Source: Octopus vulgaris
Taxonomy: Eukaryota
Reading direction: 5' to 3'
Assembly: GCA_951406725.2 (NCBI GenBank)
Contig: OX597840.1
Location: 37,634,001 to 37,698,000 of the forward strand
DNA: 64,000 nucleotides
This document shows positions 29,483 through 43,076 of the stretch, one piece after another (the stretch's first letter is position 1; each line of letters opens with the position of its first letter). The position numbers were made by a program, and so were the translations under genes. The notes beneath the pieces were generated by a model. It did not search any database and was not told the origin of the DNA. It was given only the letters and a program-made list of their open reading frames with translations.

Positions 29483-30370
29483 TTATAAACATTAGTATTA
29501 AAACTCCCACTGAACTGGCCGAATCGTCGTTGCCTCTCTACCTTTCGGGGTCAATAAAATAAGTACCAGTTAAACACAGGGTTCGATATAATCAACTGGG
29601 GCTTTACCCCTCGTACACCGGCGGTGGGACGCCACAATAATCAAAACACATTCTTTCTATGCTACGGATGTGTGACAAAAGAAGGAATGTGCGTTTTGGG
29701 AAAGATTTAGGCAACTTCCTTCCCTAACAAGAAACATATTTCAGCTGTTTGACGAAGCTGTCATAAATTAGCCTAGCTCATAAGTGTTTTAACTAATTTG
29801 CATATTTCTCCTTTTACAGGTTCTGCATTAATTAAAGAATCTATTTTATGCAAGCCATTTTGTACAAAGAACAGATTTCGTTTAATTACTGGCGTTATCA
29901 ACCACATTTTCATCTTAGCAGCTTAGATGTCGGACCTCATCTTTTGTTCATTCGCACATAGATACTCACATATGCATACATGCATACATACACACATAAA
30001 CATACATGTCTATATATGTGCGTATGTGTGTATGAGTGTGCGTGTGTGTGTGTGTGTGTGTGTGTATGAGTGTGCGTGTGTCTGTGCGTGTACTTTGACA
30101 TTTATCACATAGGAACACCGTATCAAAATACAGAGGATACGATCTCAAAGTTGTCGTAGAGAGGAGATAAGCGTTAATGCAGTGTAATAGGTTAGTGAAT
30201 CGTCCATTAGCAAACAGCTTCACCTCGAATTCGTATCTTATCTCAATCTATATAGCCATCTTTAAAAGTATAAAAGTATGGTGGAGAAAATAGATCAATG
30301 CGTGTGAACTGAAACAGCTACACGTGAAACTGTTCCGTAATGGACGGATACTTAATGAGTTATACTGGGT

Positions 30371-30458
<88 letters not shown>

Positions 30459-31774
30459 TATGTATAATCATACAGACACACACACACATTAAGACACACA
30501 TAAACGCACACGTGTGTGTGTGTGTGTGTGTGCGTGTACGTATTTATCATTAGATAAAGTGAGGAATAGAAAAGCGCGAAGGCAAGAATGACTGAATGAG
30601 TTTGCTTTCTTCTACCTACTCCTAGTTCCTTATTCTCCAACTCTTCCTTTGCTCTCTCCTTCTACTAACAAGTCCTAGATATTTCTAACTATTTCTATTT
30701 TCAGCAGAATCGAACATTATCATTTCTACTACTTCACTCGAAATATCAATCACTGGTTAAAAAAAAAAAAAGAAAAATTTCGGAAAAATAAAATAAAATT
30801 CTTGCTCGATATTAAAATGTTTTAAGTCATATTTTTGAAAAGAGAAATATAAAAAAACTAAAAACGCAAACCAAAAAATGGAATGAAAACACTCAGGAAA
30901 ACGAAGAAAATGAAAAAATAAAAATTTAGGTTTGTAGTAGTAATGATGTTAATAATACTTGTTAATTAATTAGAAATGCTCACGCGAAAGCTATTTCAGT
31001 AAAACAGCTGTTACTATATATAACCTCATCTGACGTCTTTAAACCGTAATAACACCACCGTTTCATATTTTAGGCAAAACAAGAGGATTCTGTTGTATCA
31101 TAGGAATTCTGTTTTCGTTTTTCCGTTCTCTGTCTTTCTCTCCTTCATCTTCTCTCTCAGTCTCTTGGTTGACAAGGAATGGTATTCGATCTTCATTAGT
31201 AAGATTCGTTGCTTTCAGTAAGTGTGAAAGGTATGAGAAAGAAGTGGAGGAGAGAGGGAGAGAGATGTAGAGAGAAAGGAAGCGAAAGAGAGAAAGTGAG
31301 AAAGAAAGAAAGCGACAAAGAAAGAGAGAGAGAGGGAGAGAAAGCGAGCGAGGCAATAAGAGAGAGAAAATGGGTAAGAGTGATAAAGAGAGAGAGAAAG
31401 ATATATGTAAGTACAGAGAAAGGTAGTGAAGGCAATTAGATACAAAATATGAGAGAGAGCAAATTTACATCGCCATAGAAAGAGGGAGAGAGATAGAGAG
31501 AAAGACAAACAAAGAGAGAGAGAGAATGAAGTAGGACTCACATACAAATACATGTACACACATTGACATTCACACACACACACACACACGCGCGCACACG
31601 AGCACAGAGAATCATGCATTTACACATGTATGTACGTACATGTAAGTACAGGGAGAGAAATGGATAGAGAGAAGTGAAAACATAATGGCAGCCATTAGAG
31701 AGACTTATAAGGAAACTATGAGGGAGAAAAAGAAGGAAATGAAGAGAGAGATAGGGAAATAGATAGACAGATAA

Positions 31775-31866
<92 letters not shown>

Positions 31867-32277
31867 TGTGAGTGGGAGAGAGGGAAGAATGCAGTTTGAA
31901 TAAGTTGACCAAATATAAAGAGAGGAATATTTCGAGAAATCCATTCATTTCTCGAGGCTTTGGTAGTTGCAAAGAAATCTGCCGCCAACCAACTTGGGAA
32001 GTTGGCCTCAAGACCTGAAGATCTTTGGAATCAGGATATTGTGAACAAGATTCAAAGTACCAGAATGGATTTCTTTTCGCTGATATCTGATGATCTAACC
32101 GTGAATAATATGCCCAGTGGACACTATTGTGGAAGCTGTGAATATTTTCAGACATTCGAATTCTTGTAGTGAAGATTCAGTTACTGCTGTTTACAGGAGA
32201 TAGCCAACAGGAATTTCGCAATAACAGACATATCTCTCACTTACCTCACTCACTAAGTCTCACCCTCGGCCATTTTC

Positions 32278-32517
32278 TTCTTTGATAGCGTCTAATCCGG
32301 GGTCGACCTACGCCAACCTTTGTCAGTGAAAGCGTGTAAAAACAAATTGTGCTGAAGACAATGGTATTTTCGTAATTGTTATTGAGCGGGATCCATATTC
32401 TTTGATAGTGTAAAATCTACAGTTGACCTAAGCCAACTTTTGTTAGTTAATCCGTGCAGAAGGAAATTGTGCTGAAGTCTGTGGTGTTTTCTCTAATTGT
32501 TATTGAACGGGTCCCCA
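32278..32517 (+). repeat. Diverged 120-bp tandem duplication
   Basis: ttctttgatag...aaattgtgctgaag...taattgttattga.cggg starts at 32278 and 32398. Confidence 0.8.
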
Positions 32518-32915
32518 CTTCAATTGTACGGGTGAACACCGCTATCAGACCGTTTCGCGTCAACCAATGAAAGTTCACAGAACATTCAACTTGCTAGAAA
32601 TAGCAACCGAATTGCTGTAAATTACAATGTATAGTCATATGTATATTTCTCTTTTGTTTGTGATACTTAAAATTCTTTCTCTGACAAAAGAGCTGGATTC
32701 TAACAAAGATACAAACCCCTATATTTGGAGTGTAGATAACGAAAACAGTGGAACATATTATTAAACCTATGGAAAGTCTTGCATATTTTTATAGTTCCAC
32801 ATATTGATTGTATTTGCAATGTGCGATTTTTGCTGACACCTTTCTCTGAAAATTCGAGCATAGCCACACTATATATATGTATATATGTATGTATGCATGT
32901 ATGTATGTATGTATG

Positions 32916-32949
<34 letters not shown>

Positions 32950-33480
32950 TGTATGTATGTATGTATGTATGTATGTAGGTAGGTAGGTAGGTAGGTAGGT
33001 ATGTATGTATTATTGTGTATGTGTGCGTGTGTGTATGTGTGTTTGTATGTATGTAGGCATTCCTGTCTGTGTATCTATGGGTGTGAATGTATGGTTGAAA
33101 AGGCCAGCGAGGGTGGCCTGTGCATTCTTGCAATAAGTGACAGACATAGCAGCAAAATTCTCCCTCAAATCACCATTGTCTTGTGGCTGTGTATATGTGT
33201 ATATTTATGCAAGTATACGGCCATGGCCAGAATGTCATCTCAATGGTATCTATTTATTTGTGTATGGGCGTGTAAATATGAAAAAAATATAGTGATTTGT
33301 ATTTGTAATCACACACACACACACAAAGCACACAATTAAATTTTAATGAATGTATATATTAAAGTATATGGTGGTCTAGATGTAAGTAAATCGATAAAAT
33401 AAGGCCAGTTGAACACTGGGTCGATCGACTATCCCACTTCCTCAAAAACCGCTAGCCTTCTACTAAAAATTTGATATCTC

Positions 33481-33549
<69 letters not shown>

Positions 33550-33554
33550 CGTTC

Positions 33555-33702
33555 GCCTTCACGTTCTGAGTTCAAATTCTTCAGAGATCGACTTTGCCTT
33601 TCATCTCTTCGGGGATCGATAAAATAGGTACCAGTTGCGTACTGGGGTCGATTTACTCGACTTAGCCCCTACCCGAAACTGTTAGCCTTGTACCAACATT
33701 TA
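33555..33702 (+). mobile_element. SINE family B, 5'-truncated
   Basis: acgttctgagttcaaattc...gactttgcctttcatctcttcggggatcgataaaataggtaccag. Confidence 0.8.
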
Positions 33703-34866
33703 TAATGATTATTATTATTGATATTCATTTTTTCGAGGTTGTTGAATAGAGGACCAGTCAAGTACTGGGAAGTAAAGTCCCCTCCCCTCCAAACCCCTGG
33801 CTGGAGGCGCAGATTTGAAACAATTCTATTTACGTGAAGAACTCTGCTCAACAATTTGCAATTAACCTTCAATATAACTCGTCCCACGATCGAACACAAA
33901 ACGAGAGTCTCTGAAGCGACTCTTTAAGTACACGGCCATTCCAGCACCTGTAAAAAGCACGAAATATCTTCTTTCCATTGGAAATTGTTAAAGGGCTGGA
34001 ATATTCCGCAGAATGAGTCAGAGAGAAGAGCATCCAACGTAGTTTAAGGCAATCCTAGTAATCGCATCTTAAAAGCCCGCCGACAGTGAATGGCTTTCAA
34101 TTTTCTTCATTATTTCTTTCCATTTCATTTAATATTTCGTTTTGTTTTCTCATTTTGTTTTACTATATCCAGTCTTGATTGTTGTTCTTTTATAATCTTT
34201 TGAGAGCAGAATACTTACAAATGCCTGCTGTTTAAATGAATCTGTCAAAATCATCTTATAGATTGAGTTATTTGCCTAAAGGTAACTCGCTTATTTCAAA
34301 GTAATAAAAAATAAATACGAAGCAAACGGAAAACAATGGAAAGCATTTAAAAATATCTAAAAAAAAAAAACAAGATCTAAAACGACATTCGTTGTGTGAA
34401 TGTATGAAGAATATTAAAAGAAAAAAAATACGATAAAAAGAACAAGTCTTGAAAAAGATCATCAGAAACTACGAAATAAACCACAGATATTCTCCTCTCT
34501 AGGATAATGATTTCTGTTTCACCAGCTCTCACTCTTTGTCTGTCTGTCGGTCGTTCTTTCTTTCATAAGATGTCAGCAACTTCTGTTTTATTACTCCATT
34601 CGTTTATGTAGATTATTTCAGGTGCCCAAGGTCGTGAACATCTGTTAAAAATAGCAAATCATAAAAAAAAAACAGAAACGTGGCTGATTCTAATTATGCT
34701 CTTAGATTTTTATTATTATTTAAGATGCTCATCGCTATGTGTTCCATTCCTGGGTGGGTCTTATAAAAACCTTAAGCATATTTGTGACACGAGTATCTAT
34801 ACACATACATACATACGTGCATACATATATACACATATATTAGGTCACCTTTTTTGTGTATAATAT

Positions 34867-34942
<76 letters not shown>

Positions 34943-34969
34943 TACATATATACATATGTATATATATAC

Positions 34970-35024
<55 letters not shown>

Positions 35025-35027
35025 AAG

Positions 35028-35222
35028 TTAATCCAAACAAGAAAGCACAAAAAAACACAACAACGCGAGGACGTTGAACAAATATAGTATTATTGGAAAG
35101 CTCAGGAAAGAAGGAAAGAAGGAGGGTTCAACGTTTCGAGCGGAGCTCTTCGTCGGAAACATAGGAGAAGGGAAGACGGAGGAAAAAAATCGTCAACGGT
35201 ACACACGAGGTCGCATTTTGAA
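35028..35222 (-). mobile_element. HHR-cassette family 1 (copy a), 3' end at (TA)n
   Basis: Homologous to 36775-36970(+), 37352-37540(-), 48890-49095(+) and 58886-59072(-); HHR-like motif at 35126-35160. Confidence 0.85.
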
Positions 35223-36696
35223 AGACCGGAAGGAAAAGGGTGAAGATATGCACATACATACACTCACACACACAAAAATATAAATGAGAAAAAGAAAACG
35301 GGGAAATTGACATATTAACATCAATTTATTCGAACACAATGCAATTTTTCACAATAACTAACCCAATTTCACCAACAATTGTCTCTATCCCCAATTAAAT
35401 CAATTTCAGAAAGTAAATTAGAGCAAATTAGATTAAATTTCCAGATCGAATATCGTTAACTGGGCATTTCATCAAGGAAAGAATTCGATAGAAAGGAGCT
35501 ACATTCCAACGTGTTGTTGACCCTTAATAGACTCAAAAACGCGTGTTTCAGTAACCGATGTATTTGAAAAACACCGTTACTTATATATATGTAAATGCAA
35601 AATTGTTTAATGCAATTGTACGCATGCGCGCGTGTAATGTATTAAAAAAAGAAAACACAAAATATCTGCTAGTTAGCTTAAACGATATTTAGATACTACT
35701 AATTTAAACTAGGAGCTAAAATACATTATACCTAATTTACACTGTTACCTGTGATAGATCGAAATGTCATTAAAATATTAAATCACTTTATTATAAGTCT
35801 CTCAGCTGCAATCTAGATATTATAGTGAAATAATAAAATATTTTTATTATTGTTTATCATTTTATATTACTAAAACCATGGTAACGTATAATATTTTTAT
35901 TATGTATTTGTACGTGTGTGTGCGTGTGTGTGTTAATGTGTTGAAAGCTACATAAACGATGACGAATCAAAACTGCTTAATAATTACCACAGCTGAATAT
36001 TACATCATCAGTATTTGTGCACACTATATTTTACATAATAGGGGGAATATATGCATACGTTCTTAATTGCGGAAAGCACTAACGTTAACAAATCAAAATT
36101 AATGAAATTCACAAAAATTAAAACCATTATTGAATTAATACGTAGAATCATTAACTTAAGATTACCAAATATTTTTTAAAGTATATTAATCACAGATTCG
36201 CAAGATATGTACTTAAATTAAAATTATTTTAATTTTTATATAATTCAGTTAGCTAAAAATAAAACCTTAGGTCCATATTTACCATTTATTTTATATTTTA
36301 ATATTAATATGCTATCTACTAAGAGTTACCTAATTTTTATAGCTATAATTGTTAGTATATTAATCGCGAGATTCCGCCTAAGTTTATTGTCCTGGTAACG
36401 TTTACATAGTATTTAATGGTAGTTGTTGTATACTAGCTTATAGTCATGAAAGGAATTCTCACCCTCTCTTCTTGTTTATAAAGATACTGCTTTTGGAATT
36501 TGCGATTTGGTATAATTCTTCTACGCAAAGAAGCCAAAAGGCATTGTCAATGTTTTAGGTACTAGCTCTGTATATTAATTCCCACAGTAACCATCTTAAT
36601 CTTGATCTTTGAGTCCCAAATAAATTTACTAAGACTAATATAAGACGACTTATTTCTTCGTATTAAATACGTTTTTTGATGTCAAAGAAATTCTCA

Positions 36697-36758
<62 letters not shown>

Positions 36759-36836
36759 CTGTGTGTGTGATCTCGTGAGTACCACCAGCGATTTTTTCCC
36801 TCTGTCTTCCCTTCTCGGGATCTTTCCTTCTCCTAT

Positions 36837-36870
36837 GTTTCCGACGAAGAGCTCCGCTCGAAACGTTAAC
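36837..36870 (+). ncRNA. Minimal hammerhead-like motif, U4->C variant (family 1)
   Basis: gttt CCGACGA A GAGC tcc GCTC GAAA cg TT aac: stem I, core, stem II, GAAA, palindromic stem III (AACGTT). Confidence 0.6.
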
Positions 36871-36965
36871 CCTCCTTCTTCCCTTCTTTCCTGAGCGTCA
36901 AATAATACTTTATTTGTTCCAAGTCCTGCGTTGCTGTGTATTTTTTTCTGCTTTCTTGTTTGGAT

Positions 36966-37034
<69 letters not shown>

Positions 37035-37047
37035 GTATATATATACT

Positions 37048-37195
37048 TTTACTTGTTGCAGTCATTTGACTACAGCCATGCTCGATCCCCGCCTTCAGTC
37101 AACGAATCGACCACAGGACTTGTTCTTTGTAAGCCTAGTATATATTCTATCGGTTTCTATTGCCGAACCGCTAGCTTATGCGGACATAAACAAAC
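37048..37195 (-). mobile_element. SINE family A, 3' half
   Basis: ttttacttgttgcagtcatttgactacagccatgct...gccgaaccgctag. Confidence 0.8.
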
Positions 37196-37312
37196 ACACA
37201 AATGCATATTTATACACATTCTTCGACAGAAAGGATTCAGAGAGAAAAAACTGGAACAGAATAAAAAAAGAAAACAGAGATATGATTGTGTTATGACACG
37301 TTTCCGGGTATA

Positions 37313-37351
<39 letters not shown>

Positions 37352-37353
<2 letters not shown>

Positions 37354-37540
37354 TTAATCCAAACAAGAAAGCACAAAAAAAAACACAACATCGCGAGGAC
37401 GCGGAACAAATATAGTATTATTAGATGCTCAGGAAAGAAGGAAAGAAGGAGGGTTTAACGTTTCGAGCGGAGCTCTTCGTCGGAAAAATAGGAGAAGGGA
37501 AGACAGAGGAAAAAAATCGCCAACGGTACACACGAACTCA
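37352..37540 (-). mobile_element. HHR-cassette family 1 (copy c)
   Basis: gttaatccaaacaagaaagcac...gggtttaacgtttcgagcggagctcttcgtcgg; motif at 37453-37487. Confidence 0.85.
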
Positions 37541-37884
37541 TGTGTGTGTGTGTGTATGTATCTATGTATGTATATAGGTATGTATGTGGAAATAGACTTG
37601 TATATAGATAAACAGAGAGAGAGAGAAACGAGTGTTGGACAGAGAGAAGAGAGCTACAGAAGAAATGATTGAATATATGCACCAGGAATTTTAGAGTGCT
37701 TATGGACAGTTTCACCAAAATATGCGTACAAGAGTGTTCGTCTCCTTCTTCTGCATTCTTTCCTTCTTCTTCATTGTCTCTCGCTTTCTTTCTCTCTCTT
37801 CTTTCTCTCTCTCTCTTTCTGTCAATATCTCCAATAGAAGATAAAGATAGGAAAAGCAAGAAGTGCAAAGAAAAAAATAAATAT

Positions 37885-37935
37885 TAGGAGGAGGAGGAAG
37901 AAGGGGAAGAAGAAGAAGAAGAAGAAGAAGAAGAA

Positions 37936-37966
<31 letters not shown>

Positions 37967-38167
37967 GGGAAGATGAAGACCAACAACAACAACAAAGGAC
38001 AACACACAAGAATACAATGATGGATAAGTGTTAGAACAGCGACAATAACAGTGACAACTTTCGTAATAATGATGATGATGATGAAGAAGAAAAAGAAGAA
38101 GAAGAAGAAGAAGAAGAAGAAGAAGAAGAAGAAGAAGAAGAAGAAGAAGAAGAAGAAGAAGAAGAAG

Positions 38168-38197
<30 letters not shown>
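37885..38197. repeat. (GAA)n microsatellites
   Basis: Two long gaa runs separated by a short mixed segment. Confidence 0.95.
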
Positions 38198-38198
<1 letters not shown>

Positions 38199-38967
38199 GG
38201 AAGTAATGGTGAGAAAATAACGAAGAGAGAAGTGACGGCGGGAAAAGAAAGAAATAAAGAATTTCTGCGATAAGAAGCTGGAAATTTTGGAGAAGTGTCA
38301 GAAGGTTTGTTTACCGATTCCAAGTGCCAAGGTGTTGTTGGCTGGAGATGTTATTTTAACTTTATACTTATTGACTTTGATCGATTAGCACCAGTAGAAA
38401 TTGGTTAAGGTTATGAAAGTGTCCGTTGATTGAGGCAGAGATATGGAATTGGTAAATGTCTTGGAGAGTGAGAGAGAGAGAGAGAGAGAGAGGAGGAGAG
38501 ACAGATAAAAAGAGATACAGGAAGAGAGGGTGTGTGAAATATGTGTATTTGTTTGCTTGTGTGTGTGTGTGTGTTTGTGTGCGTAGGGGTGTGTTTGTAT
38601 GTGTATTTCTGCGTGTGTCTGTGTGTGTGCCTTTATGTATGTGTGTGTGTGTATTGGTTTTCGTGTCTTTGTCTATTTTCCTGTACTTCTGAGCTTGGGT
38701 GTATGTTGTTGTTGTTGTTGTTGTTGTCAATGTTTTGTGAATGCGTGAACGTGTGTGTGTATGTGTGTGTGCGCGTTTGTGTGTGTGTGTGTGTGCGTGT
38801 GTGGGTTTATCTTTGTGCGTTTGCGCGAGTTTCTGGGTCGAGAAAGAAATTGAACAAACTAGGACGTGGTGGATGAGTGGTGATGGGTGTTGGATATGCC
38901 AGGACTAAAACTAACGTCTGTCTATTGCTGTTGTTGTTGTTGTTGTTGTTTAATCATGCGTCAACAT

Positions 38968-39076
38968 TGGCCATTTTCGGGGTCGATAAATTAAGTTCCA
39001 GTTGCGTTTTGGGGTCGATCTAATCGACTGGAACACTCCCCCAAAATTTCAGACCTTGTGCCTAGAGTAGAAAAGA
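38968..39076 (+). mobile_element. SINE family B, 3' part (alternative tail)
   Basis: tttcggggtcgataaattaagttccagttgcg...ccccaaaatttcagaccttgtgcctagagtagaaaag. Confidence 0.8.
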
Positions 39077-40098
39077 TGTGCGTGTTGTGCGTGTGTTTTG
39101 TGTGTGTGTGTGTTTGTGTGTTTGTTTGTTTGTGTGTATATAAAACCCCAGTACTCTACTGGTACAAGATTTTAGCGACCATGACATTTGACGTCGGCAG
39201 GATTTGAACTCTGTAAATGATAAAGTGCAGCAAATGACTAAAATGTTTTTTTCAGACGGTTCCACGGTTCGTTTGATCCAACGATTTTATTCCTAAAGAA
39301 AGAAAAAAAGAGAGGTAAAATTGGAGTAATTTTTAGGAAAGGTGTCAGGTCAATAAACTTGCACTTCAAACTACATTTTGTAATTTGTTTTATCGTTCCT
39401 TGGAAGGACAAATGTCAAAGTCGACACGAGCGGGATATGAAACCGGATTCCAAATCGCCGTAAATACATCCTGCAGACCATTTCATCACTCACTTCTCCG
39501 ACAGTGCCAATACCATAAAGATGTCAATAATTGTCAGAGTTTCTACACCCCCCACCGCCAGCCCCCAGCCAAACAGAATCAATAGTTTCCTGGCGAATAG
39601 TTTGTCATGTTGTCGAAATCAGTTTGTAAACGTCGCGATGAATTAAGATAAAGCGGGTTCCCTAAAGGTCACGAGAACTGTGGGCTACGACCAATCAATA
39701 AGCGCTCCGTCGAATACATTAAGCTGCGTTCATATGAATCTCATGAATATTTCTCTGATTCCTCAACGCGATAGGTCCGTGACAAAAATATGTGAATGTT
39801 TTGAAAAGGGCTCACTTCAATAAGGACGTCGAGTTGTTGCGGTTTTTTGCTCAGATTAACAGCGATGGAACACAATTTTATTCAAAGACATTCCAAACAT
39901 GGCTCTACCATCTTTATCTTCAACTATCACTGATCTAATGTTGTAACCGATGTAGCCTTAAATGGGATTAGTTATAAGGCATTTGGGGGGGGGGAACAGA
40001 AAAGAAAAAAAAATGCCCAGTTGTTTTGTTTCGAACGTTGTCGGCATGGTTGGAATACGTGTTGTTGTTTAGACCCAATAGGCACTGATCAAACACCA

Positions 40099-40131
<33 letters not shown>

Positions 40132-40278
40132 CAGTAGTAGTAGTAGTTAAAACGAAACAATGTATTCAGTTCATCTCAAGGAAACAGCCAAACTCCGCAC
40201 GGAACATTGCCTGTCAATGGTTCCACGCTGTGTCATTCTTATCTCATTAAGCGATGCTAATACGATATTAGCTGTATG

Positions 40279-40352
40279 CAGTAATCCCTCGATTATGGCA
40301 GGTGTTACTTTCCAAAATTACCTGCGATAGGTGAAAATCCTCTAAGCAGAGT
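40279..40352 (+). mobile_element. pogo/Tigger-like terminal remnant
   Basis: cagtaatccctcgattatggcaggtgttactttccaaaa...gcgataggtgaaaatcc resembles Tigger-type ends; the other end was not found. Confidence 0.45.
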
Positions 40353-40444
40353 CACTACCGATCTGTATATTTGTATTATTATTTTTATAATTTGTATATA
40401 TTTATCTTATTATAAATGCAAAACAACACCAGACATTCTCCCCT

Positions 40445-40800
<356 letters not shown>

Positions 40801-40950
40801 ATCCACAAAAATATATATAGAATAGATGGTCGAAAATCCGAAATCACTATCAATGCTACTCTTTTTTAAATGCTTGAAGTAACTCGACAGGTTAATATAA
40901 AACTGTCTTTATTATAGCTGAACATAAAAACAAACATAAATATATTTATG

Positions 40951-40984
<34 letters not shown>

Positions 40985-42042
40985 CTTGTGTGCGTGTTCA
41001 CGAAAGTGTATTTGATTGTGTGTGTATGTGTGTGTGCGTACATATGTATGTGTAGATGCAGGTGTGCATGTGTGCCGGTACAATTATTCATTGAATTATA
41101 GCACTGAACAACACAATATCCATTCTTGTCGTTAAAGAAAATATCAATTAAATTCTGCCAAAGTTTCTCCCAATGCTTCGTTTTATTTCAACAGAACCTG
41201 TTAAATAAGGAAAAAACGATTTTTAAGCACACTAATGCTGAATTTACAGCAACGGTTCTCAAAGAAAATCGAAAAGCACAGATGTTCCTCCAAAAGCCAG
41301 GTGGAAGATAGAGAATGGTGGTATAAAATTCTCCTGCAGAGGTACTTTTTCTGTTTCAAATATTTGAAGACTGCTTCACGAGGGAGATGAGTATTCTAAA
41401 TATCTGATTAATATTGAAATCCAATTCGATGATGCATCAGTTTTGAACAATTTGATAAGTTATTCATAGATAATTTTTATAAGAAATCATGGTATCTTGT
41501 ACACTGTCAGCACACTTACAAAACCAAAGGAAAAGCTGAAAGGAGGATTTCTGCTTAGTCCAAGATTCCTTTAATCGTCCTCCATAGTTTTGTACTTCAC
41601 ATAGTACATATACAAACAATAGCATGGAAAGATTGTTCATCAGGATATTAGTAACTAAGAAATTTACGAAAAAGTCGCTTTTGTTTCGATTAAACAATGC
41701 ATATCTTTATACATAGACATTTATATAGCTATTTACTAACACTCATAGACACTTTACCCGTATAATATTTCCAATTTTTAATAGGATATCAAGAAACATA
41801 CTACGAAACGTCTATTGTGCGTAAAAAGTTCTTGTAACTTGTCTACAATTTATGATATATATATATATATATCAAGTACAAAAGTAACTGTATCCAAAAG
41901 CAGAAAATATGTATGTAGAGTACATGTAATATATATATATATATATATAAAATATTATTAGAGACAAAACCACTATTTTGCAAAACAAACAAGGACAGAC
42001 TTAATCAATACATAAAATTTTAATAAATAGTCAAAAAAACCG

Positions 42043-42085
42043 CCACTACAATTGTTTCTTGTCTTGATCGACAATCTTCAGGTGG
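42043..42085 (-). ncRNA. Type I minimal hammerhead ribozyme (canonical core)
   Basis: Minus strand: ccac CTGAAGA ttgtc gatcaa gacaa GAAA caattg TA gtgg. Stem I 4 bp, stem II 5 bp, palindromic stem III, GUA cleavage triplet. Confidence 0.85.
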
Positions 42086-42131
42086 ACTTCCAATAAGTCA
42101 GTTTCAAATTTGAAACTGACTTATTGGAAGT

Positions 42132-42174
42132 CCACCTGAAGATTGTCGATCAAGACAAGAAACAATTCTAGTGG
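42132..42174 (+). ncRNA. Type I minimal hammerhead ribozyme (mirror copy, stem III G->C)
   Basis: ccac CTGAAGA ttgtc gatcaa gacaa GAAA caattc TA gtgg. Confidence 0.75.
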
Positions 42175-42349
42175 CGGTTTTTTTTGACTTTTTATTAAAA
42201 TTTTATGTATTGATTAAGTCTTTCCTTGTTTGTTTTGCAAAATAGTGGTTTTGTCTCTAATAATATTTTATAATATTTTACTATAAAATTGGATTTAATC
42301 CTAAATCTGATTTTTTCCCTGTAAATTTGGATTTATTCCCTAATATTTA

Positions 42350-42393
<44 letters not shown>

Positions 42394-42736
42394 TGTACAT
42401 TAGAGCACATTAAGAGGCTTCCAAAAAGACCACTGGTAATAATAATTTCTATAATTCTTATTACCCTAATATTATATATATATATATATACATACAGAGA
42501 GAGAAAGAGAGAGAGAGAGATAGAGAGACAGAGAGAGAGACAGAGAGAGAACAAGAAGTATATATGTCTTTTATTATAGAAACAAACGGGTTTATAGAAT
42601 TGCAAAAGAAATACTCAAATATAAATGAGCCGAAAGAAGCATTGGTTATAGAACAAATATTAAATATAGGTCAAAGTCTTTGACCCAATTTAACGTTTGT
42701 TCTATAACCAATACTTCTTTATACACGCACACACAC

Positions 42737-42807
<71 letters not shown>

Positions 42808-43041
42808 TATGTATGGGGTAGCAGCGCTGAACAACGATGCAATATATACAGATTCAAATGTTGAAATGTGCTTCAGGCATATTCGAACCCTTAACGAAGC
42901 CATTCACTGTATTTCAGCCCAGAGAATAATTTCTCGTTCGAGACAAATAGGTGTAAACAGACCCAGTTAGTTCCCCTTCCCTCCCTCACCTGACTCTATA
43001 TGCATATAATATATATACGCACATACACACAGACACATATC

Positions 43042-43074
<33 letters not shown>

Positions 43075-43076
<2 letters not shown>

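Larger units (their letters stand above)
41946..42355. mobile_element. HHR-cassette family 2 as a spacerless ~325-bp palindrome
   Basis: Centre gtttcaaa|tttgaaac at 42108/42109; arms ~41946-42108 and 42109-~42272 are near-identical; the right arm continues to 42355. Same family at 43075-43338 and 61300-61548. Confidence 0.92.

Noticed and set aside
31960-32169. 69-aa ORF with CxxC
   Set aside because: No recognisable family; possibly a decayed non-LTR end.
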